A DNA stretch of 64,000 bases from Candidatus Magasanikiibacteriota bacterium. Lineage in GTDB: Bacteria; Patescibacteriota; Patescibacteriia; Magasanikbacterales; UBA922. The notes under the pieces were generated by a model. That model saw nothing but the letters and a program-made list of their open reading frames with translations, had not been told where the DNA came from and did not search any database. The position numbers and the translations under genes are program-made. The stretch lies in the NCBI GenBank assembly GCA_049287025.1, contig JBAQFA010000022.1:30225-94224 (forward strand). The letters run 5' to 3'. Shown here in pieces: positions 1 to 9,049 of the stretch. The number at the start of each line of letters is the position of its first letter. The stretch's first letter is position 1.

Positions 1-13
1 AGATATTTGTACA

Positions 14-42
14 TTGACAAAACATATAAAAATGTGTATACT
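14..42 (+). promoter_or_regulatory. sigma70-like promoter TTGACA-17-TATACT driving high-GC ORF
   Basis: ttgaca at 14-19, 17-nt spacer, tatact at 37-42; GGAGG at 60-64 five nt before ATG 70. Confidence 0.5.
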
Positions 43-69
43 TTTTTTAACAACTGACTGGAGGCGACC

Positions 70-291
70 ATGAGTCGCTCGACATTTGCTAGGAGGATGC
101 GCGAAGTGGCGAGGGCCTCTGGCCTTCGTCGTGGTGCTATCCGTCAGCAGGTAGTGGTATTCACCCCTAACGGCCAGTACGTGGGCCGAATCAAGCGGGT
201 GGAGGGATACCAGGTGGTGATTGCTTCTAGGTCGTTGATCGAGCGCAAGATCCGCGGATCTCGGATTCGCAAGATCACGCTCGTCGGCTAG
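70..291 (+). CDS. hypothetical basic 73-aa protein, compositionally foreign (high G+C)
   Basis: ORF with strong G/C third-position bias in AT-rich genome; own promoter and SD. Confidence 0.45.
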   Translation: MSRSTFARRMREVARASGLRRGAIRQQVVVFTPNGQYVGRIKRVEGYQVVIASRSLIERKIRGSRIRKITLVG

Positions 292-454
292 GGCATTCGT
301 GCTCAAGCCGACAAAAAAGGCACATTCAACAACCTACAAGGAGAACAAGGGGGGCCGACACAACAAGGAGGCCCAAAAAAGATTATCATGTTTGGTAGTC
401 TTTTTTGTTTTTATATTCAATATTTTGCTTTACATCTGAGTTTGTGTTAAAATG

Positions 455-545
455 ATCTTTGTTAGGAGCGCTTCCGTTCAATACGGGGGCTGAGAAGTAT
501 CCTTATAACTTGATCTAGGTAATGCTAGCGCAAGGAAACAGAAAC
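455..545 (+). promoter_or_regulatory. TPP (THI-box) riboswitch
   Basis: ggagcgcttccgttcaatacgggggCTGAGAagtatccttataaCTTGATCTAGGTAATGCTAGCGCAAGGAA closely matches the conserved thiM-type aptamer (CUGAGA, ACCUGAUCUGGAUAAUGCCAGCGUAGGGAA); downstream alternative hairpins and T-run; upstream TTGCTT-17-TAAAAT promoter near 427-455. Confidence 0.8.
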
Positions 546-615
546 ACTAATTTTGTTCACTAATCTTCACTAATAGTGTTTGTTGTTTCCTTGTTAGGAA
601 ATTTTTTTGTTTTTA

Positions 616-1247
616 TGAAAATTTTGATAATTGCCAATGGAGAAATTAAAAATTATGGATTTTATACATATTTAATTAGTCAGTCTGCTTTAGTTATTTG
701 TGCTGATGGGGGAGCGAATCATTGTCCTGGTTTAGACGTGGTGCCAGATTATGTAATTGGGGATTTTGATTCGGTTTCTAAAGATTTGTTGGAAGAATTA
801 AAAAATAATCATAAAACAAAAGTTATTTATGATCCAGATCAGGACAAAACTGATTTGGAATTGGCAATTAAACTTGCAGAATCATTTCAACCAGAAGAAA
901 TAAATATTATTGGGGCGATTGGTGATAGAATGGATCATACTTTAGCAAATATAATTTGTCTGGATCAAGTAAATAGAAAAATTAAAGCCAAAATTATAAA
1001 TGAAAAAAATGAAATTGAATTGATAGAAGATATTTGTGAGATAGAAGGGGAGCGGGATGATATCGTGTCTATTATCCCATTAAATTTGGTGACAGGGCTC
1101 ACTTATGAAGGATTGAAATATGGAGTAAAAAATAAACAAGTTGATTTGGGTTGGATTGGAGTGTGTAATCGTTTAGAAAATGATACAGCTAAAATTAAAA
1201 TAAATAGTGGTAAAATTTTGGTTATTAAGATTTCAGATAACAAATAG
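616..1247 (+). CDS. thiamine pyrophosphokinase (TPK)
   Basis: GGANHC and DYVIGDFDS motifs typical of TPK; ATG at 616 preferred over upstream alternative start at 576. Confidence 0.75.
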
Positions 1248-1296
1248 CAGATAACATTAAGCAGTAGACAAAATCTAAATGCTATCTGTTATCTGC
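1247..1296. repeat. composite palindrome gcagataaca...tgttatctgc with duplicated cagataac half-sites
   Basis: 10-bp perfect inverted repeat 1247-1256 / 1287-1296 plus direct copies. Confidence 0.5.
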
Positions 1297-1340
1297 ATTC
1301 TGAGACTATTAAACAACACACAAATTAATTAATAATAATT

Positions 1341-2744
1341 ATGCTTAATATTTCATCTGTCGACTACTCAATAATCATAATCTATTTTATTTCCCTACTC
1401 GCTATTGGCTATTTTATCAAGCACAAATTTATTGAGACTTCTGATTATTTCTTGGCGGGCAGAAGGTTAACCTTACCAATTTTTGTGGCCACGCTTGTTA
1501 GCACTTGGTATGGTGGTACTATGGGAGTAGTGGAATTATCTTTCAATTATGGTTTGGTCAATTGGCTGACGCAGGGATTTTTTTGGTATTTGAGTTATTT
1601 ATTTTTTGCTTTTTTCTTGGCCAAAAAAGTCCGTCAATCAGAGCTTTTTACGGTACCTGATCAACTAGAAAAATTTTATGACAAACGGTCGCGTTTTTTG
1701 GGTGGAATTTTTAGTTTTCTCATGGTGACGCCAGCGCCTTATATTTTATCTTTGGGAATTATTTTTTCGTTATTTTTTGGTTGGCCAGTCTGGGCTGGAG
1801 CCTTGTTAAGTACTATTATTACGATTTTTTATACTTATCGTGGTGGTTTTCGAGCCGATGTCATTACTGATGTGATTCAATTTTTTCTAATGTTTATTGG
1901 TATTGGTTTGCTAGTTCCTTTTGCTGTAGCAAAATTTGGGGGCTTAAGTTTTTTACAAGCCAATTTACCAGCCACGCATTTTAGTTTAACCGGGGAGTGG
2001 ACCACACAAATGATTTTAGTTTGGGGATTTATTGCTTTTTGGACTTTGCTTGATCCGAGTTTTTATCAACGTTGTTATGCTACCAAAAATGATAAAATCC
2101 CTAAGAAGGGAATATTAATTTCAATTTTATTTTGGATGGTGTTTGATTTTTTTACGACCACGATTGGTATGTATGCTCGGGCAGCGATGCCAGACCTAGA
2201 TCCAGCCACAGCCTTACCCATGTTCGCGATCGCTGTTTTACCAAAAGTTTTTTTAGGATTATTTTTTACTGGTTTGATCGCTTCTATTTTATCTACCGTA
2301 GATTCTTTTACTATGCTTGGGGCGATGAATCTCTCTCATGATTTATACAAGAAAATTTTTAAGCCAGATCTTAGTGGAGAAAGAGAAATAAAATTAACTC
2401 GTTACGGCATAATTTTTACGGCTGGAATTTCTTTAATCATTGCTATTTTTGCTAGATCAATTATTGGTATCTGGTATACTATTGGAACAATTGGTATAAG
2501 TGCTATGTTAATTCCTCTATTGTTTGGTTTTTTTTACAAACGTAAACTCTGTGCCAGTGCTTCATTTTATTCTATGATTTTTGGGTCACTTACTGCCATC
2601 GGCTGGCTAATTTATGGCTATGCCAATATGGTTGATGGTTGGGCTAGTTATTTATGGGGTATAGAGCCGATGTATCCCGGACTTATCGTATCACTGGTCG
2701 TTTATATTGGAATAACAATATTTCAAAATAAAAAATCTCTATAA
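1341..2744 (+). CDS. sodium:solute symporter (SSS) family transporter
   Basis: about 13 TM segments, LAGRRL motif near N-terminus. Confidence 0.75.
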   Translation: MLNISSVDYSIIIIYFISLLAIGYFIKHKFIETSDYFLAGRRLTLPIFVATLVSTWYGGTMGVVELSFNYGLVNWLTQGFFWYLSYLFFAFFLAKKVRQSELFTVPDQLEKFYDKRSRFLGGIFSFLMVTPAPYILSLGIIFSLFFGWPVWAGALLSTIITIFYTYRGGFRADVITDVIQFFLMFIGIGLLVPFAVAKFGGLSFLQANLPATHFSLTGEWTTQMILVWGFIAFWTLLDPSFYQRCYATKNDKIPKKGILISILFWMVFDFFTTTIGMYARAAMPDLDPATALPMFAIAVLPKVFLGLFFTGLIASILSTVDSFTMLGAMNLSHDLYKKIFKPDLSGEREIKLTRYGIIFTAGISLIIAIFARSIIGIWYTIGTIGISAMLIPLLFGFFYKRKLCASASFYSMIFGSLTAIGWLIYGYANMVDGWASYLWGIEPMYPGLIVSLVVYIGITIFQNKKSL

Positions 2745-2752
2745 AAACGAAC

Positions 2753-2784
2753 GACCCCCGACATGCAACTTGCACGCGGGGGTC
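2753..2784 (-). terminator. GC-rich hairpin terminator of high-GC gene
   Basis: gacccccg...cgggggtc stem with inner tgcaa/ttgca stem; T-run follows on minus strand. Confidence 0.55.
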
Positions 2785-2808
2785 TGTTCTCTCGCCGGGG
2801 TGACGAGC

Positions 2809-3276
2809 TCAGCTGTAGAAGCCGAGCCTCTGCCACCAGTGGGGCGGGAAAACGACGTTCGGGTTGAACTTCTGGTCGGCATCGGTGGATGACACCTTTA
2901 CCGGCTTGATCTGGACGTCCCTGTTCACGAAGAACTGGAACGTCACGAGGTCACGACCGATGTAGGTGGAAACCACAGCTACCCCGTCCGATCCCGACTC
3001 TACGTAGCCGTAGTAGTCGAAGCCGGCACCAATCTTGGGGACTTCGAGGTAGAAGCCCACCAAGGTGGTGAAGGGTCGGCCGTCCTCGCTACGCAACACG
3101 ATGTTGCGCATGCCAGGCGTCTCCTGACCGCCGTAGCTGAACTCGACCAGGTGATGGCTCGACTCCGCGAACTGGTTGAAGAAGTTGAACTTCTTCATCA
3201 TTTCGCTGGCGAGGAACCAGCTGGTGGAGGCGAACAGGACGACCAGCAATGCAAGCAGAATCGTGAGCTTGTTCAA
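2809..3276 (-). CDS. hypothetical membrane-anchored protein, compositionally foreign (high G+C)
   Basis: TTG start at 3276 preceded by GGAGAG; N-terminal TM helix; track ORF to 3348 would overlap its own promoter. Confidence 0.45.
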   Translation of the reverse strand: MNKLTILLALLVVLFASTSWFLASEMMKKFNFFNQFAESSHHLVEFSYGGQETPGMRNIVLRSEDGRPFTTLVGFYLEVPKIGAGFDYYGYVESGSDGVAVVSTYIGRDLVTFQFFVNRDVQIKPVKVSSTDADQKFNPNVVFPPHWWQRLGFYS

Positions 3277-3319
3277 TTGTCTCTCCAGATTTGGGTTGTT
3301 CTCAACTTCCGAACGATTC

Positions 3320-3348
3320 AATATAACATAAAAACAGACCTTTGTCAA
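3320..3348 (-). promoter_or_regulatory. sigma70-like promoter TTGACA-17-TATATT (minus strand)
   Basis: tgtcaa 3343-3348 and aatata 3320-3325 on plus strand. Confidence 0.5.
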
Positions 3349-3384
3349 GGTCTATTTAGTATAATTTAGCTAGATTTAGGCTTT

Positions 3385-4176
3385 TTATTTATTTTTAGTA
3401 AATACGACAGAATTTATAACTTTTTCTATATCTTTTATAGTAATTTCTGGGTATTTAAAATAAAAACTTAATGTTTTGAATTCATCACTATAGTCTTCAG
3501 GTAGTTTTAAAATGGCAATTATTCCATCTTTTTCATTCGCATAAAAATTAATTGCATAAAACACATAGGCTTCAAGATTATCTTCTCTAATTATAGTTTT
3601 TAAATAATTTTTATCATTAGTTATTGAAGAAGTGTTAAATTCATAATTATTTGTATGCCAATAATCTTTACCTGCAGTAAAATCTTTAGAAACACCACCA
3701 GCAAATTCATACCCATGATTAGATAAGTCAAGTACACGCCAACTATATTGCGAACCACTATCTAAACTATAATACTCTGGAGCTAATTTCGGTGATTGAT
3801 AATTATAATCCGTACTACTCACTGCTCCCAAAGGTATGGGAAAATTAAAAGAAATATTTACATCTTTACTTTCAAATTTTTTCCAAACAAATTTGTTAAT
3901 TTTTGGAATATAAACATCTACATTTTCTGATATTCTAGCATTGTTATAAACAAATTCTTCATTATTTTTAGGATAAATATAACATCCATTACCACAACTA
4001 ATTAATTCTTCTGGTGTGGTTAATATTTTACCTTCAACAGTGTTCAATTGAATTTTTTTAATTTCTTCTTTTTTTACTATTTCAACATTTTTGTTTACTA
4101 TTTCAACATTTTTGTTTTTTGTGGCACAGCCTGTAGTAAAAATAATAATAATTAGAACTAATAAAATTTTATACAT
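3385..4176 (-). CDS. lipoprotein, hypothetical
   Basis: lipobox FTTGC after signal peptide; internal 21-bp tandem duplication near 4075-4120. Confidence 0.5.
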   Translation of the reverse strand: MYKILLVLIIIIFTTGCATKNKNVEIVNKNVEIVKKEEIKKIQLNTVEGKILTTPEELISCGNGCYIYPKNNEEFVYNNARISENVDVYIPKINKFVWKKFESKDVNISFNFPIPLGAVSSTDYNYQSPKLAPEYYSLDSGSQYSWRVLDLSNHGYEFAGGVSKDFTAGKDYWHTNNYEFNTSSITNDKNYLKTIIREDNLEAYVFYAINFYANEKDGIIAILKLPEDYSDEFKTLSFYFKYPEITIKDIEKVINSVVFTKNK

Positions 4177-4180
4177 AAGT

Positions 4181-4441
4181 TTATTTATTTTTTAACCACC
4201 ATTTTTTAAAAAAGGGAATTGATAAAGTAGAAATAACAAAAGCAAGAGAGGGGACAACCGCATTTTTAAATGGTTCTGATAAATTGGCAAAATAAAAAAA
4301 TATAGTGATTACCAAATAAGTAGAAACCAGAATAATGAATCGGCGTGCCCAGCTCGTTTCCCAGGCTTTGTCTTTCTCTACCCGTTCATTACGTTCTTTT
4401 ATTTCATTTATTTGTTGTTGAAGTTCTTCATTTGTGGGCAT
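4181..4441 (-). CDS. small membrane protein
   Basis: ORF, one or two TM helices. Confidence 0.35.
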   Translation of the reverse strand: MPTNEELQQQINEIKERNERVEKDKAWETSWARRFIILVSTYLVITIFFYFANLSEPFKNAVVPSLAFVISTLSIPFFKKWWLKNK

Positions 4442-4451
4442 AAAATTTTAA

Positions 4452-4766
4452 TTATTTTTTAAAATATTTTTCTTTTATTAGCCAGATCAATCCCATAAGA
4501 CAAAAAAATAAAGCAAGAACGAGTGAATAGAGTGAATGGCCAACACCACATTTGATATCATCTGGGTTTAACCAGCAATCAATTGGACCGGCTAAAAATT
4601 TTGTATACAAACTCAAAATGATAGCGACTGCAATTAAATACAGACCTTTATGGTACCAGGCCTTACCTCTGGCTATTTTTTCTAGCGGTAAGTAGACTCC
4701 TAGGAAAATCATGCTGAGAGCTAGAGTAAAAAATAGTACTTGTATGATTGGTGATGTATTCATCAT
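4452..4766 (-). CDS. small membrane protein
   Basis: ORF, three TM helices; overlaps next gene by ATGA. Confidence 0.4.
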   Translation of the reverse strand: MMNTSPIIQVLFFTLALSMIFLGVYLPLEKIARGKAWYHKGLYLIAVAIILSLYTKFLAGPIDCWLNPDDIKCGVGHSLYSLVLALFFCLMGLIWLIKEKYFKK

Positions 4767-5386
4767 AATAAATTGTTAAGAGTAGAATATCCTAAATATA
4801 TGGCAAAGGCAATTAAAATACAACCGGCAATAAAAGAAATTATTTTCATTACTTTTTCATTGACAAATCTCTTGCCCATATGTGCTAAAAAAGAAATGAC
4901 AAATCCCCAAATTATTGCGCCCAAGATTACAAAGCCTAAATTTATCAAAAAATTAAGGTTATGTGTATTGTAGTTTGGGTTGGAAGCAAAGATGCTATAA
5001 AAACCTAGCCACGCAATGGGAGCTAAGGGGTTTGTGATGTTGATTAAAAATCCAGCCCAGAAAGTATCACCAAAAGTTTTTTTAATTTTTTTATCTAAAA
5101 TATTTTTTCCAAAAGCGTTTTTGATATCACCAATACCAAAGTAAATTAATAGTAGCACGCCAAAAGTTCCTAAGACCAGGGAAAAAGTTTGACTTTGGAA
5201 AAAAGAAGTAAAAGCAAAAAAGATTAAGATCAAATAAATGGCGTCGATCAAAACTGCACCCATGTTGGTTATAAACGCTGACCAAAATCCATGTTCTAGT
5301 CCGCGTCGAATAGTTAAAATAGTCACTGGACCAATAGCGGCTACAAAACTAATACCAAGGATAATGAATTTTAGAAAGTCGGGCAT
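4763..5386 (-). CDS. LysE/RhtB family translocator
   Basis: about 200 aa, 6 TM, N-terminal GPV..RGL motif. Confidence 0.5.
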   Translation of the reverse strand: MPDFLKFIILGISFVAAIGPVTILTIRRGLEHGFWSAFITNMGAVLIDAIYLILIFFAFTSFFQSQTFSLVLGTFGVLLLIYFGIGDIKNAFGKNILDKKIKKTFGDTFWAGFLINITNPLAPIAWLGFYSIFASNPNYNTHNLNFLINLGFVILGAIIWGFVISFLAHMGKRFVNEKVMKIISFIAGCILIAFAIYLGYSTLNNLL

Positions 5387-5390
5387 AAAA

Positions 5391-5939
5391 TTAAATCATT
5401 TTTAAAAAATTTCTAAAAATTTGTTTTCCATTTTCACCAGAGACTTCAGGATGGAATTGTAAGCCATATTTATTGCCAAATTTCATGGCTTCATTTTCAC
5501 AAGAAATAGATTTGGCCAATAACATAATATCAACCGGCAAAGAGACAAATTCAGAGTGTTCTTTTTTAAATAAAGTATTTTTATCTACGCCTTCAAATAG
5601 GGGATCATATTGAATAATTTCAATTGGTTCATCTTTACTAATCAATTCACCATGGCCAATTTGTCCGCCATACAAAAGACCTAATATCTGATGACCGAGA
5701 CAGATTCCTAAAACTGGAATATTAATATTTTTTATAAATTCAAATGGCTGAATAAATTTTTTATAATCAATTTGTGAAAGTTTGGTTGGTCCACCAGTAA
5801 TAATAATGCCAGAGTAAACGTTAAAATCATGATTTGTGATTTAATCAATGTTTACAACTATATTTTTATAACCAAAATCATTAAAAGTATTTTGAATATT
5901 TTTTAAAAACATGGTGCCACAATTAATAATACAGATCAT
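5391..5939 (-). pseudogene. class I glutamine amidotransferase (GuaA-N-like) interrupted by in-frame TAA
   Basis: GICLGHQ Cys and FHPEVS His motifs; ATG 5939, in-frame TAA at 5841-5843 (codon 33), frame continues ITNHDFNVYSGIIITGGP. Confidence 0.5.
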
Positions 5940-5952
5940 AATTTATTTTAAC

Positions 5953-6267
5953 TTACTTTTTTATAATTTTAATTCCTCTTAATCCTAAAATCAATAAAAC
6001 CAAAATAATTATTTTTAAAATATAGTGGCCATGTAAATCTAAAAAATTTTTTGTAAATGGAGTAACGTTGCCAACTAATAGATGTATAATAATAGAGATT
6101 GGTAGAGTAAGAAAAAGCCAATTGATTTTTGGTATGTCAAGTTTGATTTTTTTAAAGAGTTTGGTTAATAGGGGAGAAAGTAACCAAATTCCAAGAAAAG
6201 AAACAACAAAATCAAAAATTGCATAGCCACCCAATCTAAATTGACGTAGAAATTCAATAATAGACAT
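5953..6267 (-). CDS. small membrane protein
   Basis: ORF with 3 TM. Confidence 0.4.
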   Translation of the reverse strand: MSIIEFLRQFRLGGYAIFDFVVSFLGIWLLSPLLTKLFKKIKLDIPKINWLFLTLPISIIIHLLVGNVTPFTKNFLDLHGHYILKIIILVLLILGLRGIKIIKK

Positions 6268-6270
6268 AAA

Positions 6271-6882
6271 TTATTTATTAAATTTATTCCACTTTTCAAT
6301 CAAAGCTAAAATATCTTTTTCAAATTCTAGCATTAGTTTTTGATTGTTTTCCGCGGTTTTCCAGTTTGATCTTTCTTCAGCTCCGAGTAATCTGCCAAAA
6401 ATATCTCTAAAAAATCTTGGATAACCCAGGTCAGTATTTACTAACCATTTTTGATTTTTATTTTCCAAGAAAAGATATTTTTGTTTTTGAACAAATTCCT
6501 TTTTCATTTCTTCTAGATTAGAAATTTTATGCAAGGTTTTTTCATCTGGTATTATTTGTTCAGTATTAAAATTAAAAGGTAAGAAATGGGTGTGAGCATG
6601 AAAAACAGTTTGACCAGTAACACCGTGTTCAAATATTCCTACTTCACCATAGTATGTTTTTATAAACAATTTAACTTTTTCGTATAGTTCTATATATTTT
6701 CCAAAAGCGTCTTCTGACAAACTACCCATGGTAGAGACATGAGCTTTGGGAATAATAAGAATATGTCCTTCGGTGAGTGGGTGAACATCACAAACAATCC
6801 AAAATAAATTATCAGTATAGAGTGGATGTTTTAGTCCGATTTCACCAGGGCAGTGAGCGCAGTTGTTATCTTGATTATTCAT
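6271..6882 (-). CDS. HIT family hydrolase-like protein
   Basis: HAHTHFL histidine triad motif, CAHCPGE N-terminal. Confidence 0.55.
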   Translation of the reverse strand: MNNQDNNCAHCPGEIGLKHPLYTDNLFWIVCDVHPLTEGHILIIPKAHVSTMGSLSEDAFGKYIELYEKVKLFIKTYYGEVGIFEHGVTGQTVFHAHTHFLPFNFNTEQIIPDEKTLHKISNLEEMKKEFVQKQKYLFLENKNQKWLVNTDLGYPRFFRDIFGRLLGAEERSNWKTAENNQKLMLEFEKDILALIEKWNKFNK

Positions 6883-6925
6883 AAAATTACAACACTATTG
6901 TATCATCTTTTATTAAATAAAAAAA

Positions 6926-6950
6926 CTCCCCAGGGTTGGTGGGGAGTTCT
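6926..6950. terminator. bidirectional intrinsic terminator aaaaaactccccagggttggtggggagtt
   Basis: A-run, GC stem, T-run. Confidence 0.6.
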
Positions 6951-7019
6951 GTGTTTGAATTATTTTTTTATACCTATTATTCCACTAATGTAAATTTCAA
7001 TTTTTATATGTATTAAATA

Positions 7020-7517
7020 TTATTTATTGCACGCCTCATAAAAAAGTATAGCAGATTTTACTCGTAGGTATTCAATACAAGATGCCATCACTGGTTGAGC
7101 TTGTTCTGAAAATAATTTATCATCACAACCTTTATTTCTAGGTGATTTTCTACAATTTAAGATTTTTTCCGCTATATTATTGTTGTAAAATGAGTAACAG
7201 CCAAGTGCAATTTTATCTACCTGTTTTCCAATATCTAAATTTTTAGTAACACAGTCTTGATAATTTTTGTCAGATTGAAGTAATTTTATAGCTTTTAAGC
7301 TTATGGCATATTCTTCTTTTGTGAAAGTGTGAGACTGTGTACTATCGTTTTTATTATCAGTAGATTCAATATCATTGTTTGTTTGAACTGGTGGCTGAGT
7401 AATAGTTTTGGATTGTTCTGGATTAGCGGAATCATCATTTATTAGAGTGTCTTGTCCGGTAGTGGCACAGCCAGTTAAGAGGAGTGCAAAAGATAATGCA
7501 AAAATGATTTTTTTCAT
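7020..7517 (-). CDS. lipoprotein, hypothetical
   Basis: LLTGCATT lipobox. Confidence 0.5.
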   Translation of the reverse strand: MKKIIFALSFALLLTGCATTGQDTLINDDSANPEQSKTITQPPVQTNNDIESTDNKNDSTQSHTFTKEEYAISLKAIKLLQSDKNYQDCVTKNLDIGKQVDKIALGCYSFYNNNIAEKILNCRKSPRNKGCDDKLFSEQAQPVMASCIEYLRVKSAILFYEACNK

Positions 7518-7605
7518 AATAGTATGAAATGATTAATTAGTTAATAAAATTTGTATAATTTAAGCAAGATTGTTATATATGATGATTATATCACTTTTTT
7601 CCATA

Positions 7606-7633
7606 TAAAAAAACTCCCCAGGGTGGGGAAGTT
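7606..7633. terminator. intrinsic terminator aaaaaactccccagggtggggaagttt
   Basis: same family as 6926. Confidence 0.55.
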
Positions 7634-7643
7634 TAATTGTATT

Positions 7644-8690
7644 TTATGATTGATCACGTTGAATTCCACTAGGGGTTGCTTGAATTTTACCAAATCCTAG
7701 GGCTGACCCGTTTGTTTCTAAGTAGAAGTTCATTTTGTAAGTTTGTCCATCGTTTGAGACATAGGTATAGTTTGATTGTGGTGATAGTGGGTCAGATGGA
7801 ACTGGGTTCATAAATTGGTAAGGCTTTTCACATCCGGCTGGTTCAAAACCATTTTCTCCTAAACATGTGTAGTTTTTTGAACCTAGAATAATGGCTGAGT
7901 TTGCTAGAGGATATTTGTGGTTGTTTTGATAATATAGTTCTAAAGATGTTTGAATTCGTCTCATTTCGCTTATTCTTTGTTCATCTCTTTTTTTTGCTTC
8001 TAATTCTAATGTAACCTCATCTGGTAGAGCGGGGACATTAGTAATTAATGTTTTTAGTTCTTTGTTTAAAGCACACTCAGCTTTAGTTTTTACTACCATA
8101 GCATAACCAGCGTAAGAAACGTCTTGGAGAATGTCAATATTAGTTTTTTCCCAATTTTGAATAGTTGGATTCCACAAATACATTTTTTCAAATTCACAGT
8201 TACCTATAGTAAGCCCGCCTTGAGAAAATTGTGGCACTATAGAAATAAAGTTCCAGCCAGCATGTAGTTTTACTGGTCTGGTAAAGGCATCTTTACTAAC
8301 TTCTAGAGTAAATTTCGCTGGCTGTTTAAAATAAATCCACATGGGGGATAATTGTAAATAATCGCGATTCTGTGCCATTATTTGGTAATCAGCATCTTTG
8401 TATCCACCAGAAGTAGTGATATATCGACCAACAGATGGGGCATAGACATAGAAAGGTGTTAAGATGTTTGATAAATCATTATTTTCATACAAATCCATAC
8501 CAGAAAAACCACCTTCTGGTAATAAATTCCAGCCTTTAGCTATTTCAATTTCTATCAACCAATGGTCAGCGTTTCTTGGGCTAGTCTTATCAGGAATGCT
8601 AGTTAATTTGGAACTAGTCATAGCTTGAGCTATTAGAGCCGAGCCAAAAATGATGGTTAGAATGATTGTGAAGAAAAAATATTTTTTCAT
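7644..8690 (-). CDS. secreted protein with C-terminal pilin-like domain
   Basis: Sec signal peptide; LELYYQNNHKYP resembles pseudopilin globular-domain motif. Confidence 0.45.
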   Translation of the reverse strand: MKKYFFFTIILTIIFGSALIAQAMTSSKLTSIPDKTSPRNADHWLIEIEIAKGWNLLPEGGFSGMDLYENNDLSNILTPFYVYAPSVGRYITTSGGYKDADYQIMAQNRDYLQLSPMWIYFKQPAKFTLEVSKDAFTRPVKLHAGWNFISIVPQFSQGGLTIGNCEFEKMYLWNPTIQNWEKTNIDILQDVSYAGYAMVVKTKAECALNKELKTLITNVPALPDEVTLELEAKKRDEQRISEMRRIQTSLELYYQNNHKYPLANSAIILGSKNYTCLGENGFEPAGCEKPYQFMNPVPSDPLSPQSNYTYVSNDGQTYKMNFYLETNGSALGFGKIQATPSGIQRDQS

Positions 8691-8706
8691 ATTATATAAA
8701 TTTTAT

Positions 8707-8931
8707 TTAATCTTTTGGTAGAGCCGGTGGCGGTGGTATAACATTATCAGAATCAGAATTTTTAGTTTCAGTATTGTTTGTTTTTATAACAGCGTTATTT
8801 ACAGTTTCTTCATCACTTGGTAGAGCTGGTGGTTGTGGTGCCACCTCGTCATTTTTTTGTGATTTATTATAAGTAGTAGCACAGCCACTCATTATTAGTA
8901 TCAAAACTAATAATAACATTGTTTTTTTCAT
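8707..8931 (-). CDS. small lipoprotein
   Basis: MSGCATT lipobox; leader 8932-8960 duplicated at 7518-7550. Confidence 0.45.
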   Translation of the reverse strand: MKKTMLLLVLILIMSGCATTYNKSQKNDEVAPQPPALPSDEETVNNAVIKTNNTETKNSDSDNVIPPPPALPKD

Positions 8932-9049
8932 ATAGTATGAAATGATTAATTAGTGAATAGACTTTAGCATAATTAAGCTAAAATGTCAATATAAAATGGC
9001 TTGGTTATTATAGCATAATTTTTTGTATAAAAATACTTCAAAAATATAT

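Noticed and set aside
296-360. Possible terminator hairpin ggggggccg...ggaggccc after the first high-GC ORF
   Set aside because: The arms are not truly complementary; only short GGCC self-palindromes are present.
5841-5843. In-frame TAA as evidence of stop-codon reassignment
   Set aside because: TAA, TAG and TGA each terminate multiple well-supported genes in the window (e.g. atpD/atpA TAG, atpF/trmH TGA, SSS transporter TAA), so the code is standard.
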